A stretch of 64,000 bases of DNA from Macrostomum lignano (Eukaryota), in contig NIVC01002005.1 in the NCBI GenBank assembly GCA_002269645.1, positions 130,050 to 194,049 of the forward strand, written 5' to 3'. The notes below the pieces were generated by a model. That model was not told where the DNA came from. It ran no database searches and saw only the letters and a list, made by a program, of their open reading frames with translations. The position numbers were made by a program, and so were the translations under genes. Below, piece by piece: positions 27,226 to 37,549 of the stretch (positions are counted from its first letter, which is position 1; the number at the start of each line of letters is the position of its first letter).

Positions 27226-27989
27226 TTAGAGATGTCGCTGCATTACTTATAGATCTGTCATCACATCTTCAAAATCGCATTCGTACGTGCATGGAATTGA
27301 CAATAGTTAGAACAATAAAGTAGTGCCGAGTACATTTGCACATGTACAATAAAAGCTATTGTCACTACACAATAATATAAAGTAAATTGGCCTGCTAATT
27401 AGATCAATGGTGTACACATAATTATAATATTTGTAAAGCTTTCGACCAGGGCAGGACTTGGCTGCTTACAATTATCTAGATATGCATCTAATTTAGCTAA
27501 ACAAAACGCCGAAAGTGAAACCAGCCAGCTTACATGTATAACATATACATACACATTGATACACATGCAGTATATGCATGAATAATCAATATCCAACGCG
27601 GTCACTTCCACATGTGAGAATGCTAAGGGAGAGGCATCTGCAGTATAAAGGAAGCATGGAAGATGGATTTACGATTTTCTGGGCCCCATTTGTGATTCAT
27701 ACTGTATATATACTTCGTATCAAGCCACAGCGATACTATAATGATGCATAAATAATTCGTACATATGCATATTTGACTGGCTGCATTATACAGATCGGCG
27801 CAAATTTGCATACATGCTTTATGTATGCAAGGACCAGTATAAATATTACTTGGCTCTGGTGGCCTACTTAAATCATGCATATGCATGTACTCTATATGCA
27901 TTCTCCATATTCTGAAATATTTACCTACTCGACTCCCGACTAGCCTCAGTTCTCAGGAAAATGAAAGCAAAGGCGAACATTCGCATTTT

Positions 27990-29240
27990 ATTTGTAGAGA
28001 TAATACGAAATTACGAAATTACAATTTATTAATCAATCTTCGCGCGACATGTTTCGCCGAACAATCGGCATCTTCAGGCAAAGCAATAATATAGTTTCAG
28101 AGAGACGGTAATTTTTTTAAAGTCTAGTAGGCCAAAAAGATTGTAAGAATGGGTAACCGAGTTAGATGGCCCTAAATAAGAGGCAAGCGCATGGGGTCAG
28201 AACACCCTTAGATGGAAACTCGCCCCTCTACCACCAAGCTGGATGTTCATGGTGGGCTTAAGCTGTTTAATGTACAACGCCTCAAGAGTAGACAACTTCA
28301 AACTCTGGCGATTACGATCGATAATTTAAAATTTCTAAGCATTTCTAACTTTAGCACATTGATTGCACATTAGGAGGTGGTCGTACACAGCGCTAGCTCT
28401 TGTACGATGCTCCTTTACCCTTTACCTATGTAAAACCGGCGTTGGTCAGCAACGCACGAGAATTTGTAGATAACTCCCGCACACAAGGTTTTCGGTACAC
28501 TGCACTTGAGTGTTTGCACGCATTGCGACACCTTCGTAGTATAGAACACAGGGAAGACCTTAGTGTTCATGTGGGTTATGACAGATGGCCGTTATTTTAC
28601 GGCAGAACCTAAGCTAGGCAGCCCAATGTGTGGCACTTGAATGATATTGGAACGGGAAACTCTGTCGTTCTTAACATTTTCCATGGTTTCGCGAATAAAA
28701 CCAACCTTCCAAGAGTTGGGGCAAATAACACGGTAGTTGAGCATGAGCCCAGTAAACGTTTTCTTGCGGTAAACAGACGTTTCGAGGTTGCGGCCATTGT
28801 GGCGAGCAGTGACATCGAGAAAGTTAAAAATTTTATCACCAATCTCAGCAGTGAATTTAATGTTAGGATGGGTGTTGTTAATGACGTTCAGGACTTCCGT
28901 GTATGGGCTCCCTTTGGTGTTGAAGATAGTGAACGTGTCGTCCACATAGCGGTGGTACACCAGTGGGGCACATGGGCACTTCAGCCATTCAGCTTCCCAG
29001 TGGGCAAGGCAGAGGTTGGCAAGCGTTGGCGCAAGGGGACTACCCATAGCACAACCGTCTATCTGCCGGTAGAGGTGCTCACGGTACATGAACAGGCCAT
29101 TGGTACTAAACTTGAGCAGCTTACGGAAAATATCCTCACTAAAAGGAGCTTGTATAGAACAGTCCTCACTGCCTGTAGATACGTTTTCAGTGAGCACTGT
29201 CCTATACAAGTCTTGTATAGAAGTCTTGTTGAACTGATAA
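27990..29240 (-). mobile_element. 5'-truncated, decayed Penelope-like retroelement (RT + GIY-YIG endonuclease + 3' hammerhead)
   Basis: RT: YRQIDGCAMGSPLAPTLANL...YHRYVDDTF...HPNIKFT...FLDV...YRKKTFTG (about 28700-29190). GIY-YIG read by hand across stops and frameshifts at 28197-28590: GVIYKFSC...FYIGK...SAVYDHL...LEALYIKQLKPTMNIQ. Confidence 0.9.
28038..28084 (-). ncRNA. Minimal type I hammerhead ribozyme of a Penelope-like element
   Basis: Minus strand GCUUUGC-CUGAAGA-U-GCCGA(UUGU)UCGGC-GAAAC-AU-GUC/GCGCGAAG: intact core, 5-bp helix II, palindromic ACAUGU in place of helix III. Confidence 0.85.
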
Positions 29241-29251
29241 ACGACACAGCG

Positions 29252-29575
29252 CAGTCTACTCTTCTACTCTACTCTACCCAGTCTACTCTTCTACTCTACT
29301 CTACCCAGTCTACCCTTCTATCTCTACTCTACCCAGTCTATTCTACTACTCCACTCTACCCAGTATACTTTTCTACTTTACTCTACACAGTCTACTCTTC
29401 TACTCTACTCTACCCAGTCTATTCTTCTACTCCACTCTACCCAGTATACTTTTCTACTTTACTCTACACAGTCTACTCTACTCTTCTATCTCTACTCTAC
29501 CTAGTCTACTTTTTAATTCTATGTCTACTTCTAGCTTTACCCGATCTACTCTACTTATCTAAATCTACTATCTAC
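29252..29575. repeat. Degenerate ~27 bp (CTACT)-based minisatellite
   Basis: Direct inspection. Confidence 0.9.
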
Positions 29576-30171
29576 TCTAGTAAGCCCACACAGAGAAACA
29601 AATAAAGACAGCAATATACTTGAGCAGCGATAATGTTACTCAGCGGCTTAAGCATCATCAATATTAGCAAAAGAACGCACAGCAGCGAACGCTGTCATAT
29701 TTCATGTTTTCTTATTCATATTCTGTATATTAATGAGATAAGACAGCATAATAATTAGTCTACGAATCAAACATGAAAGTGCGAGAAAAAAACGTTATTT
29801 CAATTATATATAAATTTCTATTAACAATTAGATGGATTTTAAATAGGCGCAACCAAGTACTGAATACATCAGGTTTAAACAATTATACTAATTACTATAT
29901 AGAACAGAGATAAGAGCAGTGGGCATAAATGGGCGGGTCATGCATTGAGAAGATGGGGTTACAAGCTAAAGGGATTCAGATATTAAATGCGATACTGACT
30001 GCCTGTCTGCAGCGCTAGGCAAACTTTAATAATGCAGACAGATTAACTCTTACTCGATAAGTTGTGCTTTGCAAAACTTGCAGTTGATAATTTTTTGGGA
30101 GCAATAGTAATTATATGACCAAATTAGATTTACTTAAAAACTGTTTAAATGGGGCTGCAGTGAAAATTAAA

Positions 30172-31112
30172 GTGACGATAGAGTGATCAGAGAGTGATAA
30201 TAGAGTGATCAGAAAGAGTCATATTAGAGTGATCAGCAGTGATTAGAGTGATCAGAGGGTGATAAAAGAGTGATCAGAAAGACTGATATTGGAGTGACCA
30301 GAGAGTGATATTAGAGTGATCAGAGAGTGATAATAGAGTAATAATAGAGTGATCAGAAAGAGTCATATTAGAGTGATCAGCAGTGATTAGAGTGATCAGA
30401 GAATGATAAGAGAGTGATAATAGGGTGATCAGACAGTGATAAGAGAGTGATAATAGGGTGATCAGAGAGTGATAATAAAGTGATCGAAAAGAGTGATATT
30501 AGAGTGACCAGAGAGTGATATTAGAGTGACCAGAGAGTGATATTAGAGTGATCGGAAAGAGTGATATTAGAGTGACCAGAGAGTGATATTATAGTGATCG
30601 GAAAGAGTGATATTAGAGTGACCAGAGAGTGATATTAGAGTGATCGGAAAGAGTGATATTAGAGTGACCAGAGAGTGATAATAGAGTGATAATATAGTGA
30701 TCGGAAAGAGTAATATTAGAGTGACCAGAGAGTGATATTAGAGTGATCGGAAAGAGTGATTAATTAGAGTGATAATAGAGTGATCGGAAAGAGTGATTAA
30801 TTAGAGTGATAATAGAGTGATCGAAAAGAGTGATATTAGAGTGACCAGAGAGTGATATTAGAGTGATCGGAAAGAGTGATATTAGAGTGACCAGAGAGTG
30901 ATAATAGAGTGATAATATAGTGATCGGAAAGAGTAATATTAGAGTGACCAGAGAGTGATATTAGAGCGATCGGAAAGAGTGATTAATTAGAGTGATAATA
31001 GAGTGATCGGAAAGAGTGATTAATTAGAGTGATAATAGAGTGATCGAAAATAGTGATATTAGAGTGACCAGAGGATGATAATAGAGTGACCAGAAAGAGT
31101 GATTAGAGAGTG
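30172..31112. repeat. Compound GAGTGAT/GAGTGAC minisatellite (11-24 bp sub-units)
   Basis: Direct inspection. Confidence 0.93.
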
Positions 31113-31505
31113 AAGAAGCCATAAATGAATATTTACGCAAGCAAAGCAAGAAAGACAATTTGATTTACTAACTATGCAACTAATTACGATGTACTTTTAC
31201 TATTATAATAATAAAAATCACAAGCCTTGGGCAAATCTTTAATTTTGAACAACAAATGACACACAGCACAGAATTAACAGGCAGCATAATACATATATTT
31301 TACCATCCATAACACTAAAAGGCACCAAAACACACATTATTAGTAAGCAAGGTTTCGAAGCCAGGTGCATATTTCCGAAACACACATTTGCCATAATTAT
31401 TGAGTAGAAAAATAAACGAGGCATACAGATTGCCCTAGTCGAAGATGGACTGACATTTACAACTACAAAAGTATTCGGTTTATATAATCTGTTAGCTTTT
31501 AGAAA

Positions 31506-31649
31506 TCATTTGAGCAGACACTTCTCAAAGTACTCTTCGCCAACGTAGCCGCCTCGCATAGATCTGAGCACATTCTGCTCAAACAGTCGCCTATTTGACT
31601 TCAACACCTCGGCCGCCTCTCGATTTAGTGGGTCGTCAGGATTTGGCTC
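31506..31649 (-). CDS. UBE2M: NEDD8-conjugating enzyme Ubc12, exon 3
   Basis: ctacag|[47 protein letters not shown]; matches the Ubc12 C-terminus; not in the ORF track. Confidence 0.95.
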   Translation of the reverse strand, partial: EPNPDDPLNREAAEVLKSNRRLFEQNVLRSMRGGYVGEEYFEKCLLK

Positions 31650-31859
31650 CTGTAGGAGACATTGAATTGTTGCATACTAAACTATTTCTGCTGAATTTGT
31701 CTACTTAAAGTAGTCTGACGTGAAGGTTTTTATATATTTCTATTTTTTAGAATTTCAGGAAGCCTGTTAAATAGGGAATTTGATGTGAGCCTCTCACGGT
31801 GGGGATCTTAACTAAGGGGATCTAATATAAGGGATTTGAAATTTGGAACCTGACGCATG

Positions 31860-32375
31860 GCATTTGAAATATGGGATCCAACCATGGGATAATGGGATCT
31901 AGAATCAGGGATCTGAACATGGGATATAAAATGGGATTTAAAGTCCAGGATTTGAACGTGTGATCTAAAAAGGGATCCAAAGTGAGAACTAAATGGGATT
32001 TTAAATTGGATCTAATCATGAAATCTAAAATGGGATCTAGAATCAGGGATTTGAACATGGGATCAAAATCAGGGATCTGAACATAGGATCTAAAATCAGG
32101 AATCTGAACATGGGATCAAAATCAGGGATCTGAACATAGGATCTAAAATCAGGAATCTGAACATAGGATCTAAAATCAGGAATCTAAACATGGGATCAAA
32201 ATCTGGGATCTGAAATGGGATCAAAATCTGGGATCTGAAATAGGAAAAAAATCAGGGATCTGAAATGGGATCAAAATCAGGGATCTGAAATAGGATCAAA
32301 ATCTGGGATCTGAAATGGGATCTTAAACCAGGGGTCTGAAACATGGATCTAAAAATTAAGGAACTGAAATATGAT
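31860..32375. repeat. ~25 bp GGGATC(T/A)AAA minisatellite in UBE2M intron 2
   Basis: Begins ~40 nt after the exon 2 donor (minus strand). Confidence 0.9.
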
Positions 32376-32416
32376 ATTTAAAACTGGGGATCTGGAACAG
32401 GCCGACAAAAAGTCAC

Positions 32417-32721
32417 CTGGAACAGCAGTTGCAGGCCGTAGATGACAGAGTTGATTGACAGCACTGGTTTCCAGTCTTCGCGCAGCACATTGAGACACAC
32501 ATTGCCCTCCAAGTCGATATTGGGATGATAGACTTTAGTTTCGCATTTCACTTTGGGCGCCTCGTGAGGATACTGATCGGTGACGTGAAAGTTAAAGATA
32601 AACAAACCGCCTTTGTAGAAGCCTTCGTCTGGTGCGATGGCCAATTTGAAGTTCATGAGGTCATTTGGATTTGGATAGGTCAGGCGGGTGCAGTGGTTCT
32701 TGGTGTCAATGTCCGACAGGT
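32417..32721 (-). CDS. UBE2M: NEDD8-conjugating enzyme Ubc12, exon 2 (UBC core, catalytic Cys)
   Basis: [19 protein letters not shown]...[38 protein letters not shown]|gtgact; 305 nt, phase 1 to 0. Confidence 0.97.
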
Positions 32722-32914
32722 CTTGAGGGTGAGGTGAAATATTATTTACAATCAAATGAGTACATCATATAGTGCCGTATTATAGAATAGTTTTTAATTT
32801 TGATCAACTTTCGTAAATGGTCAGAAGTCTGTCAAATAAAATTCAGGGTTCCACACAAACTTATCTTTAGACACTTGGTGGTTCCACAGACATTTCTTTT
32901 CAGAAACTTCATGG

Positions 32915-33045
32915 CAGGGTTTTGCTGGCACTTATCTCCAGGAACTTCAGGTTCCACTGGCACTTATCTTCACGAACTTCAGGTTCCACTGCCACTTATC
33001 TTCAGGAATATCAGGGTAGAGTTCCACTGCTACTCATCTTAAGAC
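32915..33045. repeat. 33 bp tandem repeat (GGCACTTATCTTCAGGAACTTCAGGTTCCACT), 3-4 copies
   Basis: In UBE2M intron 1. Confidence 0.8.
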
Positions 33046-33135
33046 ATTTGGATATCCATTGCTACCTCTTTTAAAGCTTTATTGGTTTACTGCTATTTTT
33101 AGCAAGATTTGGTGTATGATTGTCTTTATTATTAC

Positions 33136-33226
33136 CTTTTTGCACTCGCAAATAAGCTGGGGAACTTTTTGATGTAGATTTGTTAGAATTTTTGTTCTCC
33201 TGTGACTTTTTGTGCAAATTCAACAT
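33136..33226 (-). CDS. UBE2M: NEDD8-conjugating enzyme Ubc12, exon 1; total 179 aa
   Basis: MLNLHKKSQENKNSNKSTSKSSPAYLRVQK G|gtaata, aligning to ...SAAQLRIQKD of UBE2M; phase 1 joins exon 2. Confidence 0.88.
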
Positions 33227-36200
33227 GATTTCTGGAACTGAGAGCATTGCTTGTAATAAATAATTTTTTAAGAAATTTTATTATTTTTTGTTACATTATG
33301 AGGTACAAAGGCAAGGGAAAAACTAAATACAATAATCAATAAAAGAAAATAAAGCAACATATGTATCCATGGGTACAGATCTCTGACAATACTATATATC
33401 TTGTGTACAGCATGTTGCAGCATTTGGCATTTGAAAAAAAGATTAAAAGTATATCCCACATATTACATACTTAGAACTATTTAATTTTTATCAAAAAGTT
33501 CCAACTCAACATCTCATTATTCTCATTAAAGTCTAGACTTTTATTGCTTGTCTATTGTTTTGTATATAATGTATTATTTCTATATTTTCCTATTGCTGTT
33601 GTATATTTTGGCATTTTTCTTATTGCTATAGCTTGTCTATAGTGAAGTTTGAAAATTGTAGACTACAATAAGTGAACAAGAGCTTGAGCAATAAATAAGC
33701 TCTAAACTTAAGGTTAAGCCATAATAATTCAAATTTTCTTTTTAATTTTTATAATTTTTGTATTTTTAGTATATTCTAATGTCAATAATAAGCAGACCAC
33801 TGAAAGTAAACTAATGCAAGTAGAAATGCATGCAAAAATATCTGCATTATATATTGACAGATTTTTTTATCTTGAAGAAAGGTGGGATAGCTATAATGGC
33901 TCTTATTACAATAAGAGCACCTTTTAGTGTCTTAGTATTGTCAAAACACAACACGCGGCCAACTTTAAGACCTGGCTCACTGACTGTTACAAAGAAAAAT
34001 GACTCCATTATCAAGGTTGCACTAAATGAAGTGGCTGCCCTTAAGTCTTTTTATACCAATACATATATGTATTGTATTGTAACATTAGACAATTGACTTG
34101 TGCTTTGCTTGACTATATGCTTAATCATAGTAGTATTAATAAGAATTTTTCTTTGAGAAGATAATTTAAATCAATGAAGCCTAGATTCAAGATAGACTTC
34201 CCTAATGTTTTAGGGAACTACTATTAGGAACTACTAATAAGAACTAATAGGAAACTACTCAAGTTTTAGAATGCATACCAAATAATTCTAGTTTAGGCCT
34301 ATGCCTATATAGCATTTTCTAAAGTATAGATTAATATCAATGCAAATGCTTTTGAATAAGAATGCCTTTGAAGAGTGACTTTATTTTAATCTATAGTGCA
34401 AGATGGGTATATAAAAAAAGTTTCTTTTGTAGAATATACTAAGGCTAGCCATTGTAAATGTTATACATAATTCATTTTTGCAAGGGTCTTTTCATTGAAC
34501 ATGTTGCATCATTAGCGATCCTACAGTTTTCCACTTTTAATTATTTTTGGCTTTTTTTCTACATTTTAGCTAAGCTGCAACGGCTAGTCCTGCACCTGCA
34601 CCAAAGACAGTCATCCCACCTGCAGAAATTGAACCTGCCAATGCATTGGCTGCCTTAGATGTCAGTCTTTGGGAGCTGGTATTGGAGATATTAATATACC
34701 TCCAAGAGTTTTTATGGCGCCGGCTATTCCAAGAGTGTCAATTCAGGAACATGTTGTATTGGATATGCCATTATTATCCATGTAAACTGTTGTGACCATC
34801 ATGAGTGACTATTATATAAGTTTATCATCATTTCTTATTCCTGCTATGCCGTTATTTTTTGAAAAAGCTAAAAAAAAATTAAAAGCGGAAAACTGTAGAA
34901 TTGCCATATCATCATATATGTTGGCCTCACTATTGTATAGGCGGTATAGCAATAGCCTATTATATGCATTTACAAGTTCATAACAAGACCTTGTGAATTT
35001 ATAAATGGTTAAATTATTAATGTTTACATTAGGCCTATTTGTAGAGCTATCAGCTATTGTAATATTTTTGCATAATACATTGTATAGTACTTAATTACAT
35101 AAAAATTATTATTTTAAAAAATTATATTAAATCTTTGTTATATTTTTTCTACAGTTTAACTTAAGTAGGCCCTATAAAAATTGCACAATTGGCTATTAAG
35201 TATAAAAATTGCCAAGTAAAAATTAAGTAGAATGTATGTAGAAACTTTGTAAAGAAGATTACTGCAAATAGGCTCCTTCCTACTAGCCTTCTTCAAAATT
35301 CATTTTACGAACTAGAACTATTAGGTAAAAAATTTTGAGGTCGGGGGGGGTTTGAAAACTATTCTCTGACTGGGCTTCTTGAAATTCGTTCGTTCTCGTC
35401 CGTTCGAATCGGTGCGCTTTGTCGTTTCAAACAAACTTAACGAAGATTTCGGCTTGTAGATGACGGGGAGCTCCGCTGCTGAGTTACTCTCAGGCTCAGG
35501 GGGAGGGTAGCTGTGGTCGCGGCTGAGCGGTCTAGTATGCCGACGTTGAGGAGGCCGAATGCAGAGATTTGTAGCCGATGAGGGGCACTTCAAAATAAAC
35601 TAAAGTTTCTCGAGAGTGTTACTAATAGTAGTAGGTCGCTGCCACCACCGCGATTTTACGCGGGAAAAGCTCTAAAGCTGGAAACTAGCTCGAGTTTGCT
35701 CTAGCGCTTCTCGATAGACCTCTAAGGGTCAAAATAAAGTGCTTCCGAGGTCACGAAGTTAAGATACCGTTTCACACACAGAACTAAATGGGCCGGTATA
35801 AATATTTGGCCGAAAACTAGGTAATTATTATTATTAGGCGGCACTAAGTTAAGTAGCAAGATTAAGTATAACAAAACTAGCTTAATTATTAGACTTAAAT
35901 TGGTGGACGAGGAGCTGGTCGGGTCGGGATACTGGGCTTACAAGATAGGGCCTCTCGTAGTGGTCTGAGTCGGGTCGGCGGGATTCCTTGGAGTTCGGGC
36001 AAAGGACACGAGAGTCTGGCTGGAAAGGCGGGGCGCAGACTCTTAAATTAGGTTCTTAGGAACCACCGGGCGGAAGCGGGTTACCCCGGGTGGGACCAAA
36101 GAGACACACGGTGGGGAGAGGGGAGGGTACACCGGGTGGTGACGACTAAACACCGGGTGGACCCTATGGAAAACGCAGTAAAACAAAAATTAGCCAGGGG

Positions 36201-37549
36201 GTGGGAAGAAAATTACATTTGCGTAAAACGCTTTCCGCGCAGGGAAAGTGACGTCAATGTTCGGAAACCACTGAGTAAAATCATCCACCCCGTGGAAAAT
36301 GAGGTTACATTCAGTGGGAGGTAGTGGGAGGCCTCGCCTACCACAATTTAATTCGCTGGGTATTCTAGGAAAAAATTGCAGTACTAACTTAAACAATTTT
36401 TATGATATTTGAAAAAAGGATTTTTGCTTGTGTTCAAAAATGTGTAATTTTGTTTTTGAAAAACAAAAAGTAAAATTAATTTATTCTTTACTATGGCACC
36501 TATGGCTTAGAAAAAATGGAGACCAAAGTTAAGACGTACGCGTATGCATGTTGTTGTTGCATGTTGACTTCGTACGTACAGCTTCCAAGGACTACTCAAG
36601 TAACATATATATAGGACGCTACACTTGAAATCTATAATAAATGTTTTCAAGGCAACTTTTCGCTGAAAAGTACACTACAAAGATAGGTTGTAATTTTTTC
36701 TGCACAAAAATTGTTATTGCTTTTGATAGCTGGAGGCAGATCCAGTGTTCATCTTTTAATATGTTGTGCCTTTCTTATTGCTCCGTATTATTGCTTCTTA
36801 TTGAACGAATATAAATAAAGCTTTTCGTTCAGAAATAGTTTTAAAGGCAGGTTTCACCGAAAAATTCACTGCGGAGATAGGAAACTTCACGATTTTCAAC
36901 ACTAAAACATGATCATGACAGTGATTGAGTCCTCTTACAGTGTCAGAGAAAGTTCTAATGCCACTATTTTGTGTCTCACATGCTGCTCTAACGACGCATT
37001 TATCGATTTTTCATGTTATATTCGTCTTGTAATTATTTTAAACGTTTTTTTTCAAGTGACAGACAAGGACCACTAGAAGTGGTAACAGCTAGTGGTCCTT
37101 GAATTGGTGACAGACTAACTGTCCGACCGCCTATATATACTAACACTGGAAATGCATAAAGCTTTTTTATAGATTGATGTCCGTATAACATAGTCTCATC
37201 CGAAGATGTTATATGTACACCACAAAACCTATATACATGTAGCTATCGTAACGAGTACAAGGATCATTTACCACCCAACAGAAATTACATGCACAGCTGT
37301 AAAGTCCCAATAAAGAATATATATACATGTAGATAGCTAGTACATAGATAGAAATGATGAGGACGCACATGATTTTTCCCAAATCCCGCGCTAGCACATG
37401 GGCTCTAAACTTACTTGCCTACTAACAGTGGGCAATGGGCATTTTTATCCTTTTTCTGCGAATTTTCATAGAATACATAGTATAATCTATACTAGATATA
37501 ATGTCTGGTCATACTAGTAGTCATAATAACATAGGCTAATAACATATGA

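Noticed and set aside
28628-29605. 325-aa plus-strand ORF
   Set aside because: Antisense shadow of the Penelope RT joined to a CTACT repeat.
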